DNA from: Candidatus Latescibacterota bacterium
GTDB taxonomy: Bacteria; Latescibacterota; UBA2968; UBA8231
Direction: 5' to 3'
DNA length: 64,000 nt
NCBI GenBank assembly: GCA_965242865.1
Contig: CBDETK010000013.1
Location: 4,800,001-4,864,000 of the forward strand
In this document: positions 45,925 to 56,195 of the stretch, piece by piece
Layout: each line of letters opens with the position of its first letter
How positions within the stretch are numbered: the stretch's first letter is position 1
Notes under the pieces: model-generated
What the model was told of the DNA's origin: nothing
The model's database searches: none
Seen by the model: only the letters and a program-made list of their open reading frames with translations
Translations under genes and position numbers: made by a program

Positions 45925-46995
45925 ATGGCCCCCATCCGCATCGGCGTAGTGGGCTGCGGCGCCGTCGCCCAAGTCCAGCACCTGCCCAACCTCGCCGCGC
46001 TCAAGGACCTGTTTTCCGTAGAGATGGTCTGCGACCTCTCGCCGCGCTTGGCGCAGACGGTGGCGCGAGAGTTTTACGTGCCGCACCACACCTGCGACTG
46101 GCGTGCATTGCTCGCCGCCGACCTCGACGCGGTGCTCTTGTGCCACACCGACCCCAAGACCGAGATCGCGGTCGCCGCCTTTGAGGCCGGCAAGCATGTC
46201 TTCGTTGAAAAGCCGATCTGCTTCTCCCTGCAAGAGGCCGACCGGATCATGGCCGCTCGGCAGGCGGCGGGCACGGTGGGCTTGGCCGGTTATATGAAGG
46301 TGTACGATCCGGCCTTTGAGGCGGCCGCACGCGCAACCGCCGACATGGGTGCGATCCGCTTCGCCCAGATCCACCACCTGCACACCAACAACGCGCATCA
46401 CCTCGCGCACTTCCGCCTGCACCGGGCCGACGATCTGCCCGCGGATGCCGTTGAGCAGACGCGGGCGGCCCGCACGGCGGCCGTGCGCCAAGCCATCGGC
46501 GAGGTCTCCGCCGACGTGCAGGCGGCCTTTGGCCACCTCGCCGGCAGCATGATCCACGACCTCTATGGCCTGCGCGCCATCATGGGCGTACCCGACCGGG
46601 TCGCCAGCACCGAAATCTGGTACGAAGGCTGGGGCGTCAGCACCATGCTCGTTTATGCAAACGGTGCTCGGTGTGCGGCCACTTGGGTTGAGTTGAAGGA
46701 TGTGCGCGATTTCAAGGAGACCCTCGAAGTCTGCGGGGACGACCGCCGCGTCCTGCTTTCTTATCCGACCGGCTTTTCGCGGGGGATCCTCTCCACCTTG
46801 GAGATTCAGACCCTCGACGAGGCCGGGGAGGCCATCGTCCACCGCCCGGCCATCGCGTGGGAAGGCCCCTTCGTCCGCGAGTTAAAGCACTTCCACGCCT
46901 GCATCGCCGAGGGGGCCAAGCCGCGCACTCCCTTGGAAGAGGCCCGCTGCGACATCGCCCTAATCATCGACATCGTCAAAGCCTATAGGGGTTAG
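45925..46995 (+). CDS. Gfo/Idh/MocA family oxidoreductase
   Basis: IGVVGCGAVA, AGKHVFVEKP, IHD. Confidence 0.9.
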   Translation: MAPIRIGVVGCGAVAQVQHLPNLAALKDLFSVEMVCDLSPRLAQTVAREFYVPHHTCDWRALLAADLDAVLLCHTDPKTEIAVAAFEAGKHVFVEKPICFSLQEADRIMAARQAAGTVGLAGYMKVYDPAFEAAARATADMGAIRFAQIHHLHTNNAHHLAHFRLHRADDLPADAVEQTRAARTAAVRQAIGEVSADVQAAFGHLAGSMIHDLYGLRAIMGVPDRVASTEIWYEGWGVSTMLVYANGARCAATWVELKDVRDFKETLEVCGDDRRVLLSYPTGFSRGILSTLEIQTLDEAGEAIVHRPAIAWEGPFVRELKHFHACIAEGAKPRTPLEEARCDIALIIDIVKAYRG

Positions 46996-47103
46996 TTTCT
47001 TCCGCTCTCCATCCTAGGGCTATAAACGACAATATCGAGATGTTCGTCGCTCATGTCCGATTATTCTGAGAATTTAATGGAGATGAGACTGAATAGCATA
47101 CAC

Positions 47104-47913
47104 TCAATCGGCGAAATACGCCCGCATCTTCTCCAAACCAACCCGGGCGACAGCCGCCGGATCTTGCGCCCACAGCCCCGGATTAAACAACTCCAGCGAC
47201 ACAAACCCCTCGTAGCCCTGCGCTCGCGCCAGCCGCTCGATCGCGCGCAACGGCCCGGCCCCGTCGCCCGGCATCACCCGGTCGGCGTCGCTTTGCTCGG
47301 CAAAAGGCTTGTCGCCCGGCGCGTCGTTCCAGTGCCAGACCGCGACCTTGTCGCCCGGCACCTTGGCAATGCTCTCGATGGGGCCGCCGCCGCGCAGGAT
47401 GTGGAACGGGTCCATGACCAAACTGGCATCGGCATGATCGGCGTCTTCGGCAATCTGCCAAGCTTGGTCAATGGTATGCACGCTTTGCACAAAGCCTAAG
47501 TACTCCATCGCGGGGCGCACGCCGATTTCCCGGCCCAGCTCCAGCAAGGCGCGGTACTCGGCCCCGCCCCGGCTCAGGTCGCAGGACGTCAGCGGTGGGC
47601 TGGCGACTATAAACTCGGCCCCCACCGCTGCGGCCTGCGCCAGCCGCCGCCGAACCTCCTCCATAGCCGGCCCCCGCGCCGCGCCCTCAACCCCCAACCA
47701 GCCGTGCAGCGCGATGACGGTCGGCACCGCCAGCCCGTAGTCGGCCAGTGCCTGCCGCACATCGGCGAGCGAACCGCCCTGCTGCTCGTGCGCGGTCAAG
47801 TCGTCGTTCCACAGCTCAATGCCCCGGTAGCCGGTCTGCCCGGCAATGCGGATTTTCTCCAGCAGCGCCGCCGGACGGATCGTCGATGTGTTGAGCGCGT
47901 ATTGCACCGTCAT
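47104..47913 (-). CDS. Sugar phosphate isomerase/epimerase (xylose isomerase-like TIM barrel)
   Basis: GYRGIELW, AMEY, DPFH, HWND, R..PGDG, SLELF. Confidence 0.88.
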   Translation of the reverse strand: MTVQYALNTSTIRPAALLEKIRIAGQTGYRGIELWNDDLTAHEQQGGSLADVRQALADYGLAVPTVIALHGWLGVEGAARGPAMEEVRRRLAQAAAVGAEFIVASPPLTSCDLSRGGAEYRALLELGREIGVRPAMEYLGFVQSVHTIDQAWQIAEDADHADASLVMDPFHILRGGGPIESIAKVPGDKVAVWHWNDAPGDKPFAEQSDADRVMPGDGAGPLRAIERLARAQGYEGFVSLELFNPGLWAQDPAAVARVGLEKMRAYFAD

Positions 47914-47935
47914 GTTGTTTCCTTTCTCGCTTTTG

Positions 47936-48958
47936 TTAAGCCACGCATAAAAAATCCCGCCCCTCTGTCAGCCCCAATCCAGCCAACGCTTGCCGAATCA
48001 GGGCTCGCGCCCCCCGCGACGCCACCGCCGCCAAGAGGATCGGCCGCTCGTGCCGCCCCCACCAAGCCGGCAAGTCTTCCGGCCCGAGCACCGGCTTGCG
48101 CCGCAAGGTGCCGCCGATTTTTTGGGGGGCAATATCGACAAATACATTGGGAGCCCGGCCTTCGCGCTCCAAGTGTTTGGCGAGCCGCCGGCCGGTCTTG
48201 CCCGCGCCCCAAACGGCCAGCCCGTCCCGCTCTTGCAGCGGCCCGGCGCAAAGATAGTGCGCTTTGGCGCGGAGGAAGTTTTCCACCGAGTAGCGGCCCT
48301 GTACGTGCGTGGCTCGCTGCGGGTGCTCGCGCCAGTAGTGCAAGACCTCCGGCACCTTGGCAAAGCGCCGGCCCGCCGCCCGATAGCGCAGCCACAGATC
48401 GTAGTCCTCCGGCCAGCCCCGCTCTTGGTAGCCCCCCAAGGCCACCAGTTCCTCGCGGCGCATCATGGCCGACGGATTGGCGATGGGACTCTCGATAAAA
48501 AACTCTCGTTCAATCGCCGCGCCATCCACCAAGCCGTTTAACCAAGCTTCGTACCCCAACATCCCCTCCCCGGTTGCCGCCCGCGGAAAGATCTCCACCA
48601 GACAGCTCACTACGCTCAAGCCGCGATCGGCTTCCAACCACGCGCGTTGTTTTTCCAAGCGCTCGGGGTGCATCCGGTCGTCGGCGTCCATGCGCGCCAC
48701 GTACTCGCCCCGACACCAGACCAAGCCCCGGTTCGGGGCCTTGACAATCCCTCCGTGGGCGGCGAGCAACGCCCGAAAGCGGCTATCGCGGCAGCTCCAT
48801 TCCAAGAGGATGTCGCCACTCTCGTCCTCTGAGCCGTCGTCTATGCCCACGACCTCAAAATCTTCCCAGCTCTGTGCTTGGATGCTGGCCAACGTTTCCG
48901 TCAGGGTGGCGGCCGCATTGAACACGGGCAGGAGTACGGATATGCGGGGCGTTTTCAT
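47936..48958 (-). CDS. GT2 family glycosyltransferase
   Basis: SVLLPVFN, DDGS.D, ARMDADD, EDYDLW. Confidence 0.92.
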   Translation of the reverse strand: MKTPRISVLLPVFNAAATLTETLASIQAQSWEDFEVVGIDDGSEDESGDILLEWSCRDSRFRALLAAHGGIVKAPNRGLVWCRGEYVARMDADDRMHPERLEKQRAWLEADRGLSVVSCLVEIFPRAATGEGMLGYEAWLNGLVDGAAIEREFFIESPIANPSAMMRREELVALGGYQERGWPEDYDLWLRYRAAGRRFAKVPEVLHYWREHPQRATHVQGRYSVENFLRAKAHYLCAGPLQERDGLAVWGAGKTGRRLAKHLEREGRAPNVFVDIAPQKIGGTLRRKPVLGPEDLPAWWGRHERPILLAAVASRGARALIRQALAGLGLTEGRDFLCVA

Positions 48959-49045
48959 GGTTCTGCTGTTTCCGCTGCGCCCTTGCTGGAGGGCGTCCCG
49001 TCGGTGCTTGACATTCTTTTGCTCAATGCCCGATTTTTAATCGCT

Positions 49046-49807
49046 ATGATACATCTCAAATCGCCCTTGGAAATCGACCGCATCCGCGCCAGTTGCCGCA
49101 TCGCGGCCGAAGCCATGCTCCGCGTTGAAGAAGCCCTCGCGCCCGGGGTCACCACCCGCCACCTAGACCGCATTGCCGACCGCTACATCCGCGGCCAAGG
49201 AGCCGTTGCCAGTGCCTTGGGCTACCGCGGCTTTCCCCGCAGCATCTGCGTCTCAGTCAACGACGAAGTCGTCCACGGCATCCCGGGCGACCGCGTCGTG
49301 CGAGCAGGGGACATCCTCGCCGTTGACATTGCGGTTAAAAAGGATGGCTTTCACGGCGACATGAACGTCACCATGAAAGCTGGCTGCGTATCCCCCCAAA
49401 CCCAACGCCTGCTCGACGCCACGCGCCAGAGCTTGGAGGAGGGATTGGCCGCCTGCACGCCCGGGCGACGCCTCGGCGACATTGGCCACGCCATCCAAAG
49501 CTATGTCGAAGCGCGCGGCTTTTCCATCGTGCGCACGTACTGCGGGCACGGCATTGGCCGCAACTTCCACGAGGAACCCCAGTTGCTCCACTACGGCAAG
49601 GCCGGCACGGGCCGCCGCTTGCAAACCGGCATGGTCTTCACCATCGAGCCAATGGTCAACGAGGGCGGCCACGACACCCGCGTCCTCGACGACGACTGGA
49701 CGGCCGTCACGGCCGACGGCAAGCTCTCGGCGCAATACGAGCACACCGTGGCCGTCACCCACAACGGGCCGGACGTGCTGTCGCGCTTTGCCGATCTGCC
49801 GTACTGA
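49046..49807 (+). CDS. map: Type I methionine aminopeptidase
   Basis: SVNDEVVHGIP, GFHGD, GHGIG..FHEEP, TIEPM, SAQYEHT. Confidence 0.97.
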   Translation: MIHLKSPLEIDRIRASCRIAAEAMLRVEEALAPGVTTRHLDRIADRYIRGQGAVASALGYRGFPRSICVSVNDEVVHGIPGDRVVRAGDILAVDIAVKKDGFHGDMNVTMKAGCVSPQTQRLLDATRQSLEEGLAACTPGRRLGDIGHAIQSYVEARGFSIVRTYCGHGIGRNFHEEPQLLHYGKAGTGRRLQTGMVFTIEPMVNEGGHDTRVLDDDWTAVTADGKLSAQYEHTVAVTHNGPDVLSRFADLPY

Positions 49808-49863
49808 GTTGCCGAGCGGCGGCATTTTCTTATTTTTTAAGTTCATTTCGCAAGGAGAACAGC

Positions 49864-50157
49864 ATGGCAAGGCCAGCAAAAACCCAATCCAACGTCGACG
49901 ACGATAACACTGAATTTTCGTTTGACCCCGGCACGCAGATCGAGCTAGAACTCGAAGACACCTGCTGCGTCACGGGCGAGGAGGTCAAATTCAGCTTTTG
50001 TCGCTTCCCCGACTACAAAAGCGGCACCCTGATGGTCATGTCCAAGCGCGCAATGCTCGAGCACCTGCGCGCCGGCGACTCCATCGCCAAGTTCAAAGAG
50101 GTGCTGGTCCAGCGCCACGGCGAGCAAGTCTTAGCCGAGCACTACTCCAACCACTAG
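49864..50157 (+). CDS. Hypothetical protein
   Basis: RBS AAGGAG, host-like codon usage, followed by a hairpin. Confidence 0.7.
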   Translation: MARPAKTQSNVDDDNTEFSFDPGTQIELELEDTCCVTGEEVKFSFCRFPDYKSGTLMVMSKRAMLEHLRAGDSIAKFKEVLVQRHGEQVLAEHYSNH

Positions 50158-50182
50158 CGCAACGCGCCACATCTACAGGCAA

Positions 50183-50217
50183 AGAAGGGATGGTCCCACA
50201 GCGGACCATCCCTTCTT
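50183..50217. terminator. Hairpin between convergent genes
   Basis: AGAAGGGATGGTCC..GGACCATCCCTTCT. Confidence 0.7.
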
Positions 50218-50247
50218 GTGCGATAGTAATCCTACGTCCTTCAAGAC

Positions 50248-50299
50248 TGGATTCCCGCCCCGTGTCGGAGCACGGGGTGACGTTCTTTCGCGGGATGAC
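50248..50299 (-). repeat. REP-like element with a second palindrome nested in its loop
   Basis: Reverse complement reads GTCATCCCGCGAAAG-[AACGTCACCCCGTGCTCCGACACGGG]-GCGGGAATCCA. Confidence 0.55.
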
Positions 50300-50322
50300 G
50301 ACTCGTAGGCAAAAAGACCGCG

Positions 50323-50886
50323 CTATGAGCGGGCCAACAGGGCCTCGATATCCTCGCCAAATACCCCGCGGGGATTGGGCCGGCCGCTCCGGTCGCGCGG
50401 TACGCCCAAGTGCATCTTGTACACGCGGCCTTCGCGATCAAAAATAAAGGTGAGCGGTACGCCCATCCTCGCCAAACTTTTTTTGTAGAAGGCGCGGAGC
50501 AGCTCGTGTTGGCTGTCGTGAACCACCGGGTAGTTGATGGCCAAGCGCTCGACGAACTCGCCTATTAGGGGGAGGACGCGCTCGGTAGGGCCTTGATCGA
50601 TGGAAATGCCAATGATCGCCACCTGCTCGGAGTCGTACTCATTGCTCATCTCGACCAAGGCTGGAATCTCGTAGCGGCACGGGCCGCACCAAGTCGCCCA
50701 GAAGTTGACTAGGACTATTTTGCCCGCGTAATCGCGCAAATCCACGCGCTGGCCCTGATAGTCGTTCCACTCCGCAGTTTGCGGCGGGAAGAGCTGGTCC
50801 CCTTTCGGCTCGGGGGCGGGAGAACTACAGCCCAGCGCGAGGAGTGCCAATCCACTGAGCACCACGGTGTGCATAATGAGTCTCAT
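50323..50886 (-). CDS. TlpA/ResA-like thioredoxin lipoprotein
   Basis: Lipobox LALGC; NFWATWCGPC; VP.TF.FDREG. Confidence 0.9.
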   Translation of the reverse strand: MRLIMHTVVLSGLALLALGCSSPAPEPKGDQLFPPQTAEWNDYQGQRVDLRDYAGKIVLVNFWATWCGPCRYEIPALVEMSNEYDSEQVAIIGISIDQGPTERVLPLIGEFVERLAINYPVVHDSQHELLRAFYKKSLARMGVPLTFIFDREGRVYKMHLGVPRDRSGRPNPRGVFGEDIEALLARS

Positions 50887-50888
50887 AT

Positions 50889-53800
50889 TCAATTGGAATT
50901 AGAATGAGAAAAGCCCACCGAGGCTTGCACCTTGGGCGTCAGCCGGGTGGCTCGGGGGCCGATCAGTTCCTCGATGCCGCGCAGCAAATCGTCGCAGGGA
51001 TCGACGCGAATGGTCTTTGAGCGCACCATTTTGTCTTGCTCGTCGCCGTTTTTGAGCTGGACCCACAGCTCGCAGGCCCCCAGGTGGCGGTCGCAGAGGT
51101 GGCGCAGCCGGCTGAGAAGGGGGTCGCCTGCGTTCTGGTAGGACAGCGACAAGGTGACGGACTGGGTCAGTTCGGCCCGCGCCGACTTGAGGGGGAGGGC
51201 GCGGTCGGCCTGTACATTCAGGCGTCCGTGCCGCTCGGAAACGCGGCCCTCGACGAGAATGGTTTCGCCCTCCACGAGCAGTTGTTGGTGGCTGGCGAAG
51301 GCTTCGGCGAAAAACGCGATGTCGCCCGTGCTGTTGAGGTCTTTGAGCGTGACAAAGGCAAAGGGGTTGCCCCGGCGGTCAAAGAGCTTGCGGACCTCCT
51401 CGACGAGACCGCCAACCCGCAGCGGCGCTCCGTTGCGCTGCCCCTCTATCTCGCTTAGAGGCTGGGCGAAGTTTTTTAGGTCGCGGGCGTAGGGCGCGAG
51501 CGGATGGCTGGACAGGTAGAACCCCAAGAGGTCGCGTTCCTTGGCCAGCTTTTCGCGCTCGGACCACTCCTCGACTTCGGGCAACTCCTGCACCAGCTCG
51601 ACCGAGCCGCCGGCGTCGAAGAGGCTAATCTGCCCCCGCTCGCGGTTTTCTTGGGCCTTGCCGGCGGCCTTTAAGGCCGACTCGAGCCCGTCCATTTGCT
51701 GGGCGCGATGCCCTTCGAGCCCGTCCAATGCTCCCGCCGCGATCAAGCTCTCGACCACGCGCCGGTTGACGGCCTGTAGGTCAATGCGCTCGCAAAATTC
51801 AAATAGGGTCGTAAAAGGGCCATCGGCAATCCGCGTATCGACCATGCTCTGCGCGGCCCCCTCGCCGACGTTTTTGACCGCGGCTAGGCCGTAGCGAATG
51901 CCCCCAGCGGTCGGCGTAAAGTTGAGCGTGCTTTCATTGACATCGGGGGGCAGGACCGGGACGCCCATGCGGCGACACTCATCCAAAAGCACGGTGAGTG
52001 TATCGGTGTTTTTGCGCGCTATCGTCAGGGAGGCCGCCATGTATTCCTTGGGATAGTGGGCCTTGAGGTACGCGTTTTTGTACGCGCCTTCGGCGTAGCA
52101 GGCCGCGTGCGACTTGTTGAAGGCGTAGCCGGCAAAAATCTCAATCTCGCCGAACAGCTTGTTGGCCAAGGCCCTTTCGACCTCGTGGGCGACGCAGCCG
52201 CCGACGAAGTCCTTTTTGACCTTGGCCATTTCCTCGGGCTTTTTCTTGCCCATGGCCTTCCGCAAGATGTCGGCTTGCCCGAGGGTGAAACCGGCCAGCT
52301 CTTGGGCGATGCGCATGACCTGCTCCTGATAGACCATAATGCCGTACGTTGGCTCCAAAATCGACTCCAACTTGGGGTGGTCGTAGGAGACGGCCTCTTG
52401 GCCGCGCTTGCGGGCGATGAAGGTCGGGATATTGTCCATCGGCCCCGGGCGGTAGAGGGCGTTCATGGCGATAATGTCTTCGATGTCGTCCGGCTTGAGC
52501 TTGCTCAAGTAGTCGCGCATCCCCGGGGACTCAAACTGGAAAACGCCGATCGTATCGCCGCGCCCAAACAGGTCGAACGTGGCCCGGTCATCCCACGGAA
52601 TGGCTTCCAAATCAAAGGCTGGCTCCTTGAGCTGAATCAGGCGCACGGCCTCATCGACCAGCGAAAGCTCCTTCAAGCCCAAGATGTCCATCTTGAGCAA
52701 GCCGATGTCCATGCAGGTCTCGCCGACGAACTGAGTGGTTATGGTCCCGTCTTTGGGGGCGCGATAGAGCGGCACGTAATTGGTCAGTTCGCCCGGGGCG
52801 ATGATGACGGCGCAGGCGTGAACTGAGGCGTGGCGCGCCATGCCTTCCAACCGGCGGGCGTATTCGACTAGCTTGCCCTCGTCGCCGGATGCTTCGGCGA
52901 GCTGCTGGAGCTCAGGCACCCGCTCAATGGCCGTGTCGAGGGTGATTTTCAGTTCGGCCGGCACCTGCTTGGCAATGCGATCGACCTCGCCAAAGGGCAG
53001 GCCCAAGACTCGCCCCACATCGCGCACGACCGCTTTGGCGCCCATCGTCCCAAACGTGATGACCTGCGAGACATTGTCCTTGCCGTACGTATCCACCACG
53101 TAGCGCAGCACCTCGTCGCGCCGGGTGTCGTCAAAGTCGATGTCGATGTCGGGCGGCTCAATGCGCTCGGGATTGAGGAAGCGCTCAAAGATCAGGTCGT
53201 ACTTGATGGGATCTACATTGGTAATGCCAAGGCAATACGAGGCCAAACAGCCCGCGGCCGAGCCGCGCCCCGGCCCCACGGAGATGCCCTGCTGGCGGGC
53301 GTAGTTGACCATATCCCAGACGATGAGGAAATAACCGGCAAAATCTTGGCTGGTGATGACGCTTAGCTCGTAGTCGAGCCGCTCTTGCACGGCCGGATCG
53401 ACCGTGCCGTAGCGCCGCTCCAGCCCCTCCTGCGCCAGTTGGGTCAGATAGTCGTCGCTGGAGGCGTAGCCCGTTGGGATGGGAAAATCCGGCATATAGG
53501 TCTTGCCGAATTCGAGCTCGACGTTGCACTTGTCGGCAATCTCGAGGGTCCGCTCCAGCGCGTCGGGCAAATCCGCAAACAGGGACCGCATCTCGTCCGG
53601 GCTCTTCATGTAGAGGCCGTCGGGATAGCACAGGCGATTTTTTTCGCCCACGGTCTTGCCGGTCTGGATGCAGATCAGGGCGTCGTGGGCCGCGTGGTCT
53701 GTGGCGTGGAGGAAGTGGAAGTCGTTGGTGGCCACCAGCGGCACCCCCAGCTTGCGATGCAGCTTGAGCAGGCCGTCGTTTACCTTGGCTTCCGGGTCGA

Positions 53801-54347
53801 TGTCGTGGCGCTGGATCTCCAAGTAGTAATCCTCGCCAAACAGGTCCATAAACTCGCGGGCGACCTTTTCGGCCGCGGCCATGCCCTCGCGCTGAATGAG
53901 ATGCGGAATCTCGCCGCCGATGCAGGCCGACATGCAGATTAGGCCCTCGGCGTGTTCGCGCAACAGCTCCTTGTCGATGCGGGGATTGTAGTAGTAGCCT
54001 TCGAGATAGCCCTTGGAGACCAGCTTGGTCAGATTGCGGTAGCCGGTGGCGTTTTTGGCCAGCAAAACTAGGTGGTTGGAAGCGTGCGTTAGGCCGCGGG
54101 CGGCTTGGCGCCGGTGGCGGCTATCAATCGCCACATAGACCTCGCAGCCGATGATGGGGTTAATGCCTGCGTCGCGGCAGGCCTTGTAGTGCTCGATGAC
54201 GCCGAAGAGGTTGCCGTGGTCGGTGAGTGCCAAGGCCGGCATGCCCTGTTCGGCCGCTAACTCGGCCATCTCGCCGATGCGACACGCTCCGTCGAGCAGG
54301 CTGTATTCGCTGTGACCGTGTAAATGGACGAAACCAGCCGAAGCCAT
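50889..54347 (-). CDS. dnaE: DNA polymerase III alpha subunit
   Basis: FVHLH.HSEYSLLDG, GPGRGSAAG, PDIDIDF, AFNKSH, C-terminal OB fold. Confidence 0.98.
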   Translation of the reverse strand: MASAGFVHLHGHSEYSLLDGACRIGEMAELAAEQGMPALALTDHGNLFGVIEHYKACRDAGINPIIGCEVYVAIDSRHRRQAARGLTHASNHLVLLAKNATGYRNLTKLVSKGYLEGYYYNPRIDKELLREHAEGLICMSACIGGEIPHLIQREGMAAAEKVAREFMDLFGEDYYLEIQRHDIDPEAKVNDGLLKLHRKLGVPLVATNDFHFLHATDHAAHDALICIQTGKTVGEKNRLCYPDGLYMKSPDEMRSLFADLPDALERTLEIADKCNVELEFGKTYMPDFPIPTGYASSDDYLTQLAQEGLERRYGTVDPAVQERLDYELSVITSQDFAGYFLIVWDMVNYARQQGISVGPGRGSAAGCLASYCLGITNVDPIKYDLIFERFLNPERIEPPDIDIDFDDTRRDEVLRYVVDTYGKDNVSQVITFGTMGAKAVVRDVGRVLGLPFGEVDRIAKQVPAELKITLDTAIERVPELQQLAEASGDEGKLVEYARRLEGMARHASVHACAVIIAPGELTNYVPLYRAPKDGTITTQFVGETCMDIGLLKMDILGLKELSLVDEAVRLIQLKEPAFDLEAIPWDDRATFDLFGRGDTIGVFQFESPGMRDYLSKLKPDDIEDIIAMNALYRPGPMDNIPTFIARKRGQEAVSYDHPKLESILEPTYGIMVYQEQVMRIAQELAGFTLGQADILRKAMGKKKPEEMAKVKKDFVGGCVAHEVERALANKLFGEIEIFAGYAFNKSHAACYAEGAYKNAYLKAHYPKEYMAASLTIARKNTDTLTVLLDECRRMGVPVLPPDVNESTLNFTPTAGGIRYGLAAVKNVGEGAAQSMVDTRIADGPFTTLFEFCERIDLQAVNRRVVESLIAAGALDGLEGHRAQQMDGLESALKAAGKAQENRERGQISLFDAGGSVELVQELPEVEEWSEREKLAKERDLLGFYLSSHPLAPYARDLKNFAQPLSEIEGQRNGAPLRVGGLVEEVRKLFDRRGNPFAFVTLKDLNSTGDIAFFAEAFASHQQLLVEGETILVEGRVSERHGRLNVQADRALPLKSARAELTQSVTLSLSYQNAGDPLLSRLRHLCDRHLGACELWVQLKNGDEQDKMVRSKTIRVDPCDDLLRGIEELIGPRATRLTPKVQASVGFSHSNSN

Positions 54348-54633
54348 GATCACCTCCGCTACCTGTATGCGTTAGAAAACTCTGGACTCGTTAGAAAGCA
54401 CGGCCGAACAACGGGCCAAATTGCCTTGGGGAAGGGCATCGCCTCTTGGGAAACATAGCCAATTCAACAGGGGCTGTCAATGACGTACCGCCGGGATTGT
54501 TGTTTTTATAAAATACTGTTATTATTTGACTTAACTTCAATCCAAAATTATTTGCGCCGCGGGCAGAACCGGCCGCAACTCGCGGCTGGGCCTAGACCGG
54601 CCTATCTTTGATTTTTTGCCGAGGAGACCTCTG

Positions 54634-54882
54634 ATGATTGACGAAGAGCTATTGGCGATTCTCGCCTGTCCCGAAACCAAAGAGCCGGTCGCCCTCGCCG
54701 AGGACGACCTCATTGCCGCGCTCAACAGCCGCATTGCGCGCGGCCAAGTCAAGAACCGGGCCGGCAAGACCGTAGAAGGCAAAATCGATGGCGGCCTAGT
54801 CCGTGCAGACGGCGCGTACCTCTACCCGATCCAAGACCAAATCCCCATCCTGCTCCTCGACGAGGCCATTCCGCTCCGCTAG
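54634..54882 (+). CDS. Trm112/UPF0434-like protein
   Basis: LLAILACP, YPI.D.IPILL.DEA; RBS GAGGAG. Confidence 0.85.
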   Translation: MIDEELLAILACPETKEPVALAEDDLIAALNSRIARGQVKNRAGKTVEGKIDGGLVRADGAYLYPIQDQIPILLLDEAIPLR

Positions 54883-54885
54883 CAC

Positions 54886-54917
54886 AAAAAAAGGGACTGT
54901 ACCAGCGCACAGTCCCG
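54886..54917 (-). terminator. Rho-independent terminator after tRNA-Leu
   Basis: GGGACTGT..ACAGTCCC stem plus an A-run (U-tract on the minus strand). Confidence 0.7.
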
Positions 54918-54930
54918 TTGCAACGTTTAA

Positions 54931-55015
54931 TGGTGCCGAAGCGGGGATTCGAACCCCGACGCCCTAAGGCACTGCCCCCTCAAGACAGCGTGTCTACCAA
55001 TTTCACCACTTCGGC
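54931..55015 (-). tRNA. tRNA-Leu(GAG)
   Basis: GCCGAAG acceptor stem, TGGTAGAC D-loop, anticodon loop TT-GAG-GG, variable arm, GGTTCGAAT, CCA; follows secG. Confidence 0.95.
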
Positions 55016-55033
55016 ACAAAAATTAGGCTGATG

Positions 55034-55393
55034 CTACGGCTCCTCGGCCGCCTCTTCCTTCCCGCCCAGCAGATGCTCTGCCTCCGGGATGGCGGGCACT
55101 GCGGGGGCCTGTTGCTCGGCCATGGTCCGTTGCGTCGCCGTCGTCGGAGTGGTCTCGGCCGTCTGAAAGGCCACCGACTGCACCAAACAACTCAGCATAA
55201 AGGCCGTGGCCAGCACGGTCGTAGCCTTGGTCAGAAACGTGGCAGCCGTGCGGCCACCCAACACCGAGGAAGAGGCCAACCCACCGCCGATCGAGCCGGC
55301 CAAGCCGCCGCCCTTGCCCGCCTGCAAGAGCACAGTGACGACTAGGAACAAGCAAATCAGCACGTGAAAAATCGTAAATAGAATTTCAATCAT
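55034..55393 (-). CDS. secG: Preprotein translocase subunit SecG
   Basis: VLLQ.GKGGGL..GG..FLTKAT; sits between tpiA and tRNA-Leu. Confidence 0.93.
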   Translation of the reverse strand: MIEILFTIFHVLICLFLVVTVLLQAGKGGGLAGSIGGGLASSSVLGGRTAATFLTKATTVLATAFMLSCLVQSVAFQTAETTPTTATQRTMAEQQAPAVPAIPEAEHLLGGKEEAAEEP

Positions 55394-55435
55394 GGTCTCG
55401 TTCTCGCGATGGGGGTTGCACTTATTGAGGTAAAT

Positions 55436-56194
55436 TTAAGGGTAAAGGGCGGTCTTCACAATAGCGGCAAACTGCGCGGCGTCTAGCGCGGCACCGCCGA
55501 TCAAGCCGCCGTCGATGTTGTCTTGGGCCAAGAGTTCGGCTGCGTTTTCGGGCTTGACGCTGCCGCCGTACAGAATTCGCACCTCGTCATTGGCCGCTGT
55601 TCCCAATCGCCCGGCGAGGAAGCGGCGGATCATCGCATGGACCTCCTCGGCTTGCGCGGCCGTGGCCGTCACCCCGGTGCCAATCGCCCAAACCGGCTCG
55701 TACGCCCACAGCACCGCGCGGGCCGCGCCGGCCTCAATTCCCGCGAGCGCACCGCCCACTTGGCCGAGGACGACCTCCTCGATGCGGCCCTCTTCGCGCT
55801 CCTGCAAGGTCTCGCCGACGCAGACTACTGGGCGCAGGCCGGCTTGGAGGGCGCGGGCTAGCTTGCGGTTGACCAGCAAGTCGTCCTCGCCGCAAAACTG
55901 CCTTCTCTCGGAGTGCCCGAGCAAGACGTGAGAGCAACCAGCCGCCAAGAGCATGTCGGCGGATATTTCGCCGGTGAACGCGCCCTGCCGCTCCGAGTGC
56001 ATGTTCTGGCCCCCCAGCCCAATGGCGCTGTCGGCAAGGGCCGTGCGGACGGCGGGCAGACTCGTAAACGGCGGACAGACGACCACTTCCACCGCGAGCT
56101 CGGCGACGAGGGGCTTGATCCCTTCGACCAGCTCGACGGCTTCCGCAGCGGTCTTGTGCATCTTCCAGTTGCCCGCGACCATGGGTCGGCGCAT
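55436..56194 (-). CDS. tpiA: Triosephosphate isomerase
   Basis: AGNWKM, GHSERR, AYEPVWAIGTG, YGGSV. Confidence 0.98.
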   Translation of the reverse strand: MRRPMVAGNWKMHKTAAEAVELVEGIKPLVAELAVEVVVCPPFTSLPAVRTALADSAIGLGGQNMHSERQGAFTGEISADMLLAAGCSHVLLGHSERRQFCGEDDLLVNRKLARALQAGLRPVVCVGETLQEREEGRIEEVVLGQVGGALAGIEAGAARAVLWAYEPVWAIGTGVTATAAQAEEVHAMIRRFLAGRLGTAANDEVRILYGGSVKPENAAELLAQDNIDGGLIGGAALDAAQFAAIVKTALYP

Positions 56195-56195
56195 C

